Source of the DNA: an uncultured Bacteroidales bacterium | GTDB taxonomy: Bacteria > Bacteroidota > Bacteroidia > Bacteroidales > UBA932 | Assembly (NCBI GenBank): GCA_944323805.1 | Contig: CALUTW010000002.1 | Coordinates: forward strand, 79,659 to 143,658 | Length of the DNA stretch: 64,000 nt | Reading direction: 5' to 3' | Shown here: positions 26,837 to 35,670 of the stretch, piece after piece | How positions within the stretch are numbered: position 1 is the first letter of the stretch | How the letters are laid out: the number at the start of each line of letters is the position of its first letter | Notes under the pieces: model-generated | Database searches by the model: none | Seen by the model: the letters and a program-made list of their open reading frames with translations, nothing else | What the model was told of the DNA's origin: nothing | Made by a program: the position numbers and the translations under genes

Positions 26837-29779
26837 CTATCTCCTTGGCGGAGGTCCCATAGGTCCGCGATGCCCGTATCCGCCGCCAGGACCACCGAAA
26901 TTGCCGAAGCGCCATGTAAGGGATAGTATGATATACCGCCCAAGCGTATTGTTCCACGTCTCGGTATGTGTATTCGACTCATCGGATACTGACAGGTTCT
27001 TCGACTGGCTCAAGATATCATATGCCTTCAATGCAAGGGTGAACCTGTCCTTGAACAGCAGCTTGTTTATCTCCGCATTAAGCACAAACTCATCATCCTG
27101 TGGCTGCGTATATCCCCTGTACCAGTTATAGTCGCAGTCGGCTATGATGCTGACTCCACCCGGAATCGTCCAGTTCATCGATGCATCTATCTGATTGTTC
27201 CATGTAGCGCTCTGGTTATAATCGGAGACCGTATACCATGACTTGCTTATCCTTGTCCTTCCTCCGAGGTTGATCTCCACAAGCTCATTGCGGAAAGTGA
27301 ATCTCAGCCTCTGGGTAAAATTAAGGCTCTGTGTCCTGTTGGAGATGAACATCCGGTCCTTGGCACTCTCGAAATCCTCATGGAACAGGTCATAGTTGAA
27401 TTCTTCCGGAGTCCCGTACTTGCCCATGTCGAGTCCGCCGTCTGTCCTTCCGATGTACGACGAAGCCTCATTGTATCTTGCATATGTCATTGAGAACACC
27501 GAGAATTTCGAATCTCTTCCGAACGGGGAATTGATCATCAGGCGCCCGTCGACCGATGATGAAGACGGCCCGTTGACAGGGATGGAATACTTGACACCCG
27601 AATTGTCCCATTGGGCATTGACTATGGGATTCTGCACCAGGCTTCCTCCGAACCGGCCATGGATTGACAGGAAGGTATCGGTGTCAGTATATCCGAACAT
27701 GGCCCGTATGTTATGGTTGAAATACGGTATGAGATACGGGTTACCGAGTGACACGTTGACCGGATTGGAATTGTCAAGCACAGGCATAAGCTGCGATGTG
27801 GACGGCTGTGACGAGCGTCCGAAATAGAACAGGCGTATATTGGTATTGTCATCCGGGTCATATCTCAGCATCGCCTGCGGAGACCAGTTGATTACATTGC
27901 TTTCATAAGTCTCGCCATTTGTCACATTATCCGTATCGGTAGGACGCACCGACGCACCCAGCTGAGCCCGCAGCTTGTCCTTCTGGTACATGAAATTGAT
28001 TCCGGCACTCTGGTTGACATACCGGTTGGTAATGTCGTTGGAATAGTCTTCATCCCTCGATTCCCCGGAGAAGTCATATGTCATATGCAGATTGTCGAAA
28101 TCTATCAGGTCTGCAGCATTGCCTCCCGAATTGTACGTGTCCTTGAGGGACACGCTCTTGTTCCAGCCGTATGAATAATTGGCCTCAAGATAGAAGTCAT
28201 GCCCGAGAGGCTCGGTATACACCACTCTTCCCGAGAGGGAGGAACTCCTCGAATTCTGGTCGAAACGCTGGTTGACAATATCGTTTACAGGCGATTCGCC
28301 TTCAAGATTGGAGGTAAGCGACTGGTTGAAGCCCCAGAGGTCATTATTGCTGAAGTTATAGTTGAACGACACGGACACCGTACGGCCGGGCTTCCCGAGC
28401 CTCTGGCGGAAAAGGAAGAATCCCCTTGCCCTCCAGTTGCGGTTGGTGCCTATGTTCTCGTTGAAACCTTCATTGACATCGGCGTCATCGAGGGTGGTAT
28501 TGAATATATTGTACTCGTTATAGTTCCCCGTACCGAAATCGAACTGCGGCTCGAACAGGATGGATGTATTCTCGCTGAACTTATGCTCAAGCCTTATACC
28601 GAACCTGTGCCCGTCACTCCTGGACATGTTTGCGCCTTCGTATTCATATACGCGGAGACTTCCGTCATCGTTATATGTGGTCTCGGAGCTTCTTTCCTCG
28701 ACATAGCGGTCAGAACCTCCGTACATATAGTTGCCGTTGAGCTCCATATCCCCGTCAAAGAAGTTGAAAGCCCCGTTGGCACCGGCCATCCAGGATGTTG
28801 TGATACCGTTCCGGCCCCAGCCGCCCATGCCGCGACCCATGCCGCGCGCTCCGCGCATGGTCTGCATCATACTGCTCGCCAAGTCGTTGAAGCCACGGTT
28901 ATTGGTATTGTTGCCGTTGAGGATTATGCTTATCTGGCTGTTCTGGGTAAACCGTCCGAGCATCGCGGCACCCTGATAGCGCCAGTCGTTGATTCCGGAC
29001 TCCTCGGCCGGCAGGTCATGTCCGCCTCCTGCCATCACATTGCCGAACCAGCCGTCCATCATGCCGGGCTTTACGGACAGGTCGATTACCGTCTCCTCTT
29101 CCCCGTCATCGATTCCCGTGAATTCCGCCTGGTCGGACTTTTTCTCTACAACACGGACCTTCTCGATTATCTTTGCCGGTATATTCTTTGTGGCAAGCTG
29201 AGGGTCGTCAAGGAAGAATTCCTTCCCGTCGATCATTACTTTCGTGATTGTCTCTCCGTTTGCCGTGATGGACCCGTCTGTCCCGACCTCCACGCCAGGG
29301 AGCTTCTTCAGAAGCTCTTCAAGCATATCGTTATCGGATGTCTTGAATGACGATGCGCTGTATTCAATCGTATCCTTCTTTACGATGATAGGGTTTCCGA
29401 TGGCGGAGACACTTGCCGCTTCCAGCACCTCGACATCGGGCTCCATCTGCACTGTCCCGAGGTCTATGAGCCTGTCAACGACTATCTCCTTCTGATACGG
29501 CTTATATCCCATCAGCTCGGCTTTCAGGATATATGTCCCCCTGACGATGCCCTCGAAATCGACTTCCCCGGCCTCGGTACTCATTACATATTTCAGCGGT
29601 TCCTGAGCCCCTTTCAGGGTCATGGACACCGTGGCAAAACCTACAGGCTCGTCTGTCGACTTGTCAGACAGCTTCATTTTGACAGGGAAGCCGACCTGTG
29701 CGAACACGCCAGTGCTCGTGAGCATCGCCATAAGCATGGCAAGGACAACGCCTACGGCCAGTTTTCGGGGAAAGTTCAT
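26837..29779 (-). CDS. Large outer-membrane beta-barrel protein (TonB-dependent-receptor-like) with N-terminal carboxypeptidase-regulatory-like domain
   Basis: Signal peptide, KDTIEY..., LLKKLPGVEV.DGSI, VMIDGKEFF, plug-like segment, 22-strand-type barrel ending LSLTWRF. Confidence 0.85.
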   Translation of the reverse strand: MNFPRKLAVGVVLAMLMAMLTSTGVFAQVGFPVKMKLSDKSTDEPVGFATVSMTLKGAQEPLKYVMSTEAGEVDFEGIVRGTYILKAELMGYKPYQKEIVVDRLIDLGTVQMEPDVEVLEAASVSAIGNPIIVKKDTIEYSASSFKTSDNDMLEELLKKLPGVEVGTDGSITANGETITKVMIDGKEFFLDDPQLATKNIPAKIIEKVRVVEKKSDQAEFTGIDDGEEETVIDLSVKPGMMDGWFGNVMAGGGHDLPAEESGINDWRYQGAAMLGRFTQNSQISIILNGNNTNNRGFNDLASSMMQTMRGARGMGRGMGGWGRNGITTSWMAGANGAFNFFDGDMELNGNYMYGGSDRYVEERSSETTYNDDGSLRVYEYEGANMSRSDGHRFGIRLEHKFSENTSILFEPQFDFGTGNYNEYNIFNTTLDDADVNEGFNENIGTNRNWRARGFFLFRQRLGKPGRTVSVSFNYNFSNNDLWGFNQSLTSNLEGESPVNDIVNQRFDQNSRSSSLSGRVVYTEPLGHDFYLEANYSYGWNKSVSLKDTYNSGGNAADLIDFDNLHMTYDFSGESRDEDYSNDITNRYVNQSAGINFMYQKDKLRAQLGASVRPTDTDNVTNGETYESNVINWSPQAMLRYDPDDNTNIRLFYFGRSSQPSTSQLMPVLDNSNPVNVSLGNPYLIPYFNHNIRAMFGYTDTDTFLSIHGRFGGSLVQNPIVNAQWDNSGVKYSIPVNGPSSSSVDGRLMINSPFGRDSKFSVFSMTYARYNEASSYIGRTDGGLDMGKYGTPEEFNYDLFHEDFESAKDRMFISNRTQSLNFTQRLRFTFRNELVEINLGGRTRISKSWYTVSDYNQSATWNNQIDASMNWTIPGGVSIIADCDYNWYRGYTQPQDDEFVLNAEINKLLFKDRFTLALKAYDILSQSKNLSVSDESNTHTETWNNTLGRYIILSLTWRFGNFGGPGGGYGHRGPMGPPPRR

Positions 29780-29875
29780 TTCAATTTACATTATGACGGC
29801 ATTCAACCGGCAAAAACGATAATTAGACACCCGGGAAGGTCCGAAGTTTAATTATCGTAAACTATTTTCAATAAA

Positions 29876-30448
29876 TCATTTATTTTTTACCCTTTCAGGG
29901 TGCGATTCTATGAATTTCTTCCAGTCGGAGACCCCGGAGGCGGCAGGCAGCGGGCTCTTGATATGGAAATAATGGCACAGGGCTATGGCAAGAGCATCGG
30001 TGGCATCGAAATGTCCAGGGTCAAGGGCCACATCGAGAATCTTCTGGCTCATGACACTGACCTGCTCCTTGGAGGCCGCCCCGTTGCCGGTAATCGCCGA
30101 CTTGGCCTTTCGAGGGGCATATTCATATACGGGAATCCCCGCATTTGCGGCAGCCGTTATGGCCGCCCCCTGGGCCCTTCCGAGCTTAAGGATGACCTGG
30201 GGGTTCTTGCCGTAGAACGGGGACTCGACGGCCATGACATCGGGAACATATTCGGCTATGAGCCTCGAGACTTCGCGGTATATGTATGCAATCTTCTCGA
30301 AATGGCCGTCTATCTTCCGCATGTCAAGCACTCCTGTCGCCACATACTCAGGATGACGCCTACCGACACGAATGACCCCGTAACCTAAGATATAAGTTCC
30401 GGGGTCAATTCCCATTATTATCTGCGGTGCAGTACTGTCCGGCAGCAT
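29876..30448 (-). CDS. ruvC: Holliday junction resolvase RuvC
   Basis: GIDPG, AVESPFY, LGRAQG, KSAITGNG.ASK, DATDALA. Confidence 0.97.
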   Translation of the reverse strand: MLPDSTAPQIIMGIDPGTYILGYGVIRVGRRHPEYVATGVLDMRKIDGHFEKIAYIYREVSRLIAEYVPDVMAVESPFYGKNPQVILKLGRAQGAAITAAANAGIPVYEYAPRKAKSAITGNGAASKEQVSVMSQKILDVALDPGHFDATDALAIALCHYFHIKSPLPAASGVSDWKKFIESHPERVKNK

Positions 30449-30449
30449 G

Positions 30450-31721
30450 TCAGTCTATATAGTCAAAGCCTGTATAAGGCCTGAGAGCCTCTGGAATCAC
30501 GATGCGTCCGTCCTTGTAGTTGTTCTCGAGCAGGGCTGCGACCACCCTCGGAAGAGCCAGGGAACTTCCGTTCAGAGTATGCGCCAGATGAATCTTGCCT
30601 TCGGCATCCTTATACCTGAGCTTCAGCCTGTTCGCCTGATACGACTCGAAGTTTGACACGGAACTTATCTCGAGCCACCTGCCCTGGGCTGCGGAATACA
30701 CCTCGAAATCATAGGTAATCGCCGAAGTGAAGCTGAGGTCTCCTCCGCACAGGCGCAGAATCCTGTATGGCAGGCCGAGCCTCTTCACTATGCCTTCGAC
30801 ATGGGCTATCATATCGTCAAGGGCCGCATAGGAGTTCTCAGGCTTCTCGATCCGGACAATCTCGACCTTATCGAACTGATGGAGCCTGTTAAGACCTCTC
30901 ACATCCTTGCCGTACGAGCCTGCCTCGCGGCGGAAGCACGGGGTGTATGCCGTCATTTTCACAGGGAAGTCGTTTTCCCCGAGAATGACATCCCTGTAGA
31001 TATTGGTCACAGGGACTTCTGCGGTAGGCACAAGATAATAGTTGTCGAGGTTGGCATGATACATCTGGCCCTCCTTGTCCGGAAGCTGGCCTGTACCGAA
31101 GCCTGAAGCCTCATTTACCATTACCGGAGGCTCCACTTCAAGATAGCCTGCGGAAGTATTGATATCAAGGAACATGTTTATCAGGGCGCGCTGAAGTCTT
31201 GCTCCCTTGCCCTTGTATACAGGGAATCCGGCCCCTGTAAGCTTGACACCGAGGTCAAAGTCTATAATGTCGAATTTCTTCGCCAGTTCCCAGTGGGGCA
31301 GGGCATCAGGGCCGAGGTCGGGGATCTCATTCCCCATCCTGACCACTACATTGTCATTGGAATCCTTGCCTTCAGGGACCAGGTCACAAGGGATATTCGG
31401 AAGCAGGACCATCAGGGAGTTCAGTTCGGTATTATTTTCATCCGACTGCGCCTCCAGCTCCTTCGAACGCTCTTTCAATGCAGCGACCTCGGCCTTTGCA
31501 GCTTCAGCCTCGTCCTTCCTGCCCTCCTTCATGAATCCTCCTATAAGAGCAGCTTTCTGCTTCTGCCGGGAAAGACATGTGTCAAGCTCCGCCTGAAGAC
31601 GGCGCCTGTTCCCGTCCAGCGCTATTATCTTCCCTACAATCTCGCGGGCATCGAAATTCTTGACTGCCAGCTTCCTGATCACGAATTCGGGATCTTCCCG
31701 AAGCAATTTAAGTGTCAACAT
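30450..31721 (-). CDS. serS: Serine--tRNA ligase
   Basis: N-terminal coiled coil, PTAEVP, FRREAGS, RLHQFDKVE, EISSVSN, HTLNGS. Confidence 0.99.
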   Translation of the reverse strand: MLTLKLLREDPEFVIRKLAVKNFDAREIVGKIIALDGNRRRLQAELDTCLSRQKQKAALIGGFMKEGRKDEAEAAKAEVAALKERSKELEAQSDENNTELNSLMVLLPNIPCDLVPEGKDSNDNVVVRMGNEIPDLGPDALPHWELAKKFDIIDFDLGVKLTGAGFPVYKGKGARLQRALINMFLDINTSAGYLEVEPPVMVNEASGFGTGQLPDKEGQMYHANLDNYYLVPTAEVPVTNIYRDVILGENDFPVKMTAYTPCFRREAGSYGKDVRGLNRLHQFDKVEIVRIEKPENSYAALDDMIAHVEGIVKRLGLPYRILRLCGGDLSFTSAITYDFEVYSAAQGRWLEISSVSNFESYQANRLKLRYKDAEGKIHLAHTLNGSSLALPRVVAALLENNYKDGRIVIPEALRPYTGFDYID

Positions 31722-31777
31722 GATTATATCTTTTTATTATTGCCTGATAAACCGGAACAACTCGTGCCGGCATCCTG

Positions 31778-31819
31778 AAAAAGAAAAGAGGACTGACCCC
31801 TTCCGGAGTAGCAATCCTC
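31778..31819 (-). terminator. Intrinsic terminator of rplU-rpmA
   Basis: Minus strand gaggattg...actcc-ggaa-ggggt-cagtcctc followed by ttttcttttt. Confidence 0.75.
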
Positions 31820-31845
31820 TGTCCTGTTATTCTGTCACTCCGTTC

Positions 31846-32106
31846 CTAGTTCTCGAAAGGAATCACCGAAACGTAAGACCTGTTTTCAGCTTTCTTGCGG
31901 AAGCTTACCGTACCGTCCACAAGGGCATAAAGAGTATGGTCTCTTCCCATCCCGACATTCTGTCCAGGATAATGAACTGTCCCTCTCTGACGTACAAGGA
32001 TATTGCCGGCCTTTACAACCTGGCTTCCGAATTTCTTGATACCGAGTCGTTTGCTCTCTGACTCACGACCGTTCTTTGAACTACCGACGCCTTTTTTATG
32101 TGCCAT
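31846..32106 (-). CDS. rpmA: 50S ribosomal protein L27
   Basis: [23 protein letters not shown]. Confidence 0.99.
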   Translation of the reverse strand: MAHKKGVGSSKNGRESESKRLGIKKFGSQVVKAGNILVRQRGTVHYPGQNVGMGRDHTLYALVDGTVSFRKKAENRSYVSVIPFEN

Positions 32107-32126
32107 AATCTGTTCCTCCTGTGTAA

Positions 32127-32438
32127 TTAAGCGATCTCGTTGATCTGGATTTTACTGAAATTCTGACGATGTCCGGTCAGCTTCTGATAGCCTTTACGAC
32201 GTTTCTTCTTGAACACGAGGACTTTCTTTCCTCTGCAGGTGTCGTCAAGCACTGTAGCCTTGACTACCGCTCCCTCAACATAAGGGGACCCGACCTTCAC
32301 AGCTCCGTCAGCATCCACCAGAAGCACCTTGTCGAACTCGACTGCATCGCCTTTTCCGGCAGCGAGACGCTGAACAAAAATCTCCATGCCAGCCTCTACC
32401 TTAAACTGCTGGCCAGCAATTTCTACGATTGCGTACAT
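32127..32438 (-). CDS. rplU: 50S ribosomal protein L21
   Basis: [31 protein letters not shown]. Confidence 0.99.
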   Translation of the reverse strand: MYAIVEIAGQQFKVEAGMEIFVQRLAAGKGDAVEFDKVLLVDADGAVKVGSPYVEGAVVKATVLDDTCRGKKVLVFKKKRRKGYQKLTGHRQNFSKIQINEIA

Positions 32439-32462
32439 AAATCAAATAAACTTAAAAGTTCC

Positions 32463-32540
32463 GACTGCAAGCGGCCTGCTTCTCAACAGACTCTTTTTCA
32501 ACGGCTTGTCAATCCTGTAAAATTTTGGTCTGCAAAGATA
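32463..32540 (-). promoter_or_regulatory. rplU promoter (TATCTTTG 32540-32533) and structured 5' leader (32514-32463)
   Basis: Outer stem gattgacaagc/gcttgcagtc enclosing a tctgtt-GAGA-agcagg GNRA hairpin. Confidence 0.6.
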
Positions 32541-32575
32541 ACACATTTATCCGAATGTACAAAAGAATTACGGAC

Positions 32576-32608
32576 AAAAAAGAAGCTGACCTTTTGGGCC
32601 AGCCCTTC
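32576..32608 (-). terminator. Intrinsic terminator of the lipoprotein gene
   Basis: gctggcc/ggtcagc stem followed by T6 on the minus strand. Confidence 0.7.
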
Positions 32609-32634
32609 ATCGGTTATCGGAATGTCATGGCAGG

Positions 32635-33156
32635 TTATTTTTTCCGGGCAGACATTCTCTTCGCATAACTCACTTCACTGTATTCATCCTGCATATATTG
32701 TACAGGGCCGGTATAGCTGCATGATACGGATTCCATGTTGTCGGCAGTCCCGCTGCAGGATATCGTATAGTTGTCCCCTGACTTTTCTATGGTTACCGAG
32801 CCAGGCATTATCACATGATAACTTTCATCAGTCTGTGTATAAGAAGTAAATTCAGCCCATTGGCATACAACTTCTCCTATCCGGTACGTCCCGGCCTGAA
32901 GTTCATTGACAGACCACGGGAAATACAGGTCGATGCACATTACCGAACCATATTCGGATTCCAAGGTAGTCCCGTCCATCAGCAGATAGAGTTCATAATT
33001 GGTTCCGTCAGCATCCCTGGAATACAGAGCCACTGCACCGGTTACCGTGTAGGATTTTCCCCCCAGCTGGAAGCTGTCTTTCATTTCATCCTTCTTGCAT
33101 CCGGCTACCGCAAGGGCGCCCAATACGAGCGTCATCAAAAACAATTTTTTCATCAT
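32635..33156 (-). CDS. Hypothetical surface lipoprotein
   Basis: MMKKLFLMTLVLGALAVAG-C-KKDE: lipobox plus a K-(D/E)2-type export signal. Start moved from 33225 to 33156. Confidence 0.75.
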   Translation of the reverse strand: MMKKLFLMTLVLGALAVAGCKKDEMKDSFQLGGKSYTVTGAVALYSRDADGTNYELYLLMDGTTLESEYGSVMCIDLYFPWSVNELQAGTYRIGEVVCQWAEFTSYTQTDESYHVIMPGSVTIEKSGDNYTISCSGTADNMESVSCSYTGPVQYMQDEYSEVSYAKRMSARKK

Positions 33157-33324
33157 AGAACAGTTTAAGAATAAATATGGAAATAAAAACCGATTGCCCT
33201 GCCAGTCAATGTAAAGATATATCATTCAATTCAAATTCGGAAATTTTTCTTCTGCTGCCGGAATCTTTCCGCAGCATGCGGTATAACTTTTTTGTTATTT
33301 TCGTAGATTTGTGAGACAAAAGGA

Positions 33325-34488
33325 ATGGCCATGACAATATACTCCCCTTTCGTTTATGACAGATATGTGACCGACCGGAATTTCATAGGCCGGAAAACCG
33401 ACTGCAACACATTGAGGAATCTGCTTGCCGGCAAAGAAGATACGGTAATATATGAACCGCCGAAAAGCGGCACGACGTCCGTAATCCAGCAGACATTCCT
33501 TGACATGAGGATTGGCGGGCAGCAGTTCGTCGTCGGGGAGACCGGCATGTTCAACGTAAGGGACAGGAACCGGTTCCTCCTGAAGTTCGGTTCAGCTGTC
33601 CTGCGCGCCGTCGCCTCTTCTCCGGACGAATATGCAGACCTGATTTCCAGGCACCTCGGCGGCACCCATTTCATATTCGACCGGCAGAGATTCGCTGATT
33701 TCGAGGAAGTCATATCCCTGAACTGGGACACCGGATTCGACGACATGACCGGAATGCTGGAACTCCCAGAGAAAATAGCCATGGAGCGGAAGACGCAGAT
33801 ATTCATGATTATAGAAGATTTCCAGGACATCATGATGATTCCGGGATACGAGGAGATATTCAAGGCGATGGAACAAGTGCTTGCCGGGAAGGACAGGAAC
33901 AGGGAATTCTCATGCACATTCATCATTACGGGCTCCAGGGTCAATGCAATGAAATACATATTCGAGGAAAAGAAATATTTCTATCGCCTTGTCGAGCATC
34001 TTCCTCTGCAGCAGATTGATGACAAGGAGATTGTAGAGCATATCGTCAAGGGCTTTCTCGTCAGCGGCAAGGTAATCGAACGTGAACTTGCAGCAGGGGC
34101 GACAAGGCTTTTCAGGTCGGACATATGGTATCTGAACCATTTCTTCGCCATCTGCGATTCCCTTTCAAAAGGCTACATGAATGAAGGTGTACTGATGGAT
34201 GCGCTGCGCTCGATAATCTCAATTCACGAGGCGCATTTCCATGCCATCACGAACAATCTGACAGACCATCAGCTGAGCCTCCTCAAGGCGGTTCTCGACG
34301 GGGAGACAAGGTTCAGCGCAACAGATGTCATTGAAAAATACAGGCTCAACTCGTCAGCCAATGTCAGGAGAGTAAAGGATGCACTGAAGAAGAAGGAGAT
34401 TGTCACATTCAACGGGAAGGACGAACCGGTAATACTGGACCCGCTGTACGAGTACTGGCTCAGGAATCATTATTTCAAGAATTACTGA
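33325..34488 (+). CDS. AAA+/archaeal-type ATPase-like protein with C-terminal winged helix; degenerate Walker motifs
   Basis: PF..YV..RNFIGR N-terminus, EPPKSGTTS in place of xPRRxGKTS, IIEDFQ in place of IDEFQ, GSRVNAM, C-terminal KYRLNSSANVRRVKDALKKKEIV; TAGATTTG promoter at 33304-33311. Confidence 0.8.
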   Translation: MAMTIYSPFVYDRYVTDRNFIGRKTDCNTLRNLLAGKEDTVIYEPPKSGTTSVIQQTFLDMRIGGQQFVVGETGMFNVRDRNRFLLKFGSAVLRAVASSPDEYADLISRHLGGTHFIFDRQRFADFEEVISLNWDTGFDDMTGMLELPEKIAMERKTQIFMIIEDFQDIMMIPGYEEIFKAMEQVLAGKDRNREFSCTFIITGSRVNAMKYIFEEKKYFYRLVEHLPLQQIDDKEIVEHIVKGFLVSGKVIERELAAGATRLFRSDIWYLNHFFAICDSLSKGYMNEGVLMDALRSIISIHEAHFHAITNNLTDHQLSLLKAVLDGETRFSATDVIEKYRLNSSANVRRVKDALKKKEIVTFNGKDEPVILDPLYEYWLRNHYFKNY

Positions 34489-34492
34489 TAAG

Positions 34493-35203
34493 ATGAAAAA
34501 GAGAATAGCGGTGCTGACAGGAGCAGGCGTCAGCGCAGAAAGCGGAATCAGCACATTCCGCGACAGCAACGGACTGTGGGAGAACTACAATGTCGAGGAT
34601 GTCGCAAGCATAGACGGATGGTACCGCAACCCGTCCCTGATGCTCGACTTCTACAACCAGAGGAGAAAACAGCTTGAAGAGGTCAGGCCGAATACTGCAC
34701 ATTATGACATAGCCGGCCTCGAGAAGGATTATGACGTGACAGTGATCACTCAGAATGTGGACAACCTCCATGAAAGGGCCGGAAGCACGAGGATAATCCA
34801 TCTGCACGGTGAACTGACGAAGGTGCGCCCTGAAAATTGCTGCAATGAACGGGACGGATTTTCCGAGGCCTCCGTATTCGACATCGGATACCAGGAGATC
34901 CACATGGGGGACAAGGCCCCGAACGGAGCCCAGCTGAGGCCGAACATCGTATGGTTCGGGGAAGCCGTGCCGAAAATCGGACAGGCAATCACGGCTGTAG
35001 AGAAAGCTGACATTATGCTCATTGTCGGGACATCCCTGCAGGTCTATCCCGCCGCAGGACTGTTCAGATATGCAGGCATAGACACACCTATATATATCAT
35101 TGACCCTAAGGATGTTCCTCTGAGCGACCCCAGGATTGTCCATATACAGGACGTGGCGACTGCCGGGATGAAAAGGTTCCTCGAAATCATCAGCCGCAGA
35201 TGA
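34493..35203 (+). CDS. cobB: NAD-dependent protein deacylase (class III sirtuin)
   Basis: LTGAGVSAESGISTFRD, TQNVDNLHERAGS, HLHG, RPNIVWFGE, GTSLQVYPAAG; the YxxR (FYNQRR) desuccinylase signature is present. Confidence 0.95.
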   Translation: MKKRIAVLTGAGVSAESGISTFRDSNGLWENYNVEDVASIDGWYRNPSLMLDFYNQRRKQLEEVRPNTAHYDIAGLEKDYDVTVITQNVDNLHERAGSTRIIHLHGELTKVRPENCCNERDGFSEASVFDIGYQEIHMGDKAPNGAQLRPNIVWFGEAVPKIGQAITAVEKADIMLIVGTSLQVYPAAGLFRYAGIDTPIYIIDPKDVPLSDPRIVHIQDVATAGMKRFLEIISRR

Positions 35204-35273
35204 TATGCCCAGCCGCGCCGGCATGAAAGACTTGCGCATCCTCGAAAAAATTTTGAAAAAGAAATAATTTGAT

Positions 35274-35306
35274 TACCTTTGCAGCCGCAAATAAAAAGGA
35301 GGTGAT
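35274..35306 (+). promoter_or_regulatory. rpsU promoter (TACCTTTG 35274-35281) and extended Shine-Dalgarno AAAGGAGGTGA(T) 35295-35306
   Basis: Direct sequence match, 6 nt upstream of ATG 35313. Confidence 0.85.
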
Positions 35307-35312
35307 ACAGCG

Positions 35313-35507
35313 ATGATTATAGTTCCAATCAAAGAGGGCGAGAACATAGAGAAAGCTCTTAAGAAATTCAAGAGGAAATTCGAGAAGACCGGTGCTATCC
35401 GTGAGCTTCGTGCAAGGAAAGCTTTCGTAAAGCCGTCAGTGAAGAGAAGAGAGGAGATCAAGAAGGCTATCTATGTCCAGCATCTGCATCTGATGGATGA
35501 GAAATAG
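35313..35507 (+). CDS. rpsU: 30S ribosomal protein S21
   Basis: ENIEKALKKFKRKFEKTG, FVKPSVKRR, Tyr54. Confidence 0.98.
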   Translation: MIIVPIKEGENIEKALKKFKRKFEKTGAIRELRARKAFVKPSVKRREEIKKAIYVQHLHLMDEK

Positions 35508-35570
35508 TTCATCTCCGGGCCTTCACAAGAAGGCATCACATGGATAATCAGTACTACCTGATAGCAGACG

Positions 35571-35603
35571 GGGACCGTGCCATAATGGCATGGTCTCTTT
35601 TTT
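35571..35603 (+). terminator. Intrinsic terminator after rpsU
   Basis: 12-bp stem gggaccgtgcca/tggcatggtctc followed by T6. Confidence 0.85.
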
Positions 35604-35670
35604 ATTGCCCAAAGGCTATATCCGGTCATGTAATTTAGTATATTTGTAAGGATGTGAATATACAGATGCC

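Noticed and set aside
33325-35203. STAND-ATPase plus SIR2 anti-phage system
   Set aside because: The sirtuin is a typical housekeeping CobB with all deacylase motifs, not a divergent NADase. There is no TPR sensor domain, HerA or defence-island context. Kept only as the pseudo-ATPase finding.
35540-35638. 32-codon ORF downstream of rpsU
   Set aside because: It runs through the rpsU terminator and the asmA promoter region and has no protein-like features.
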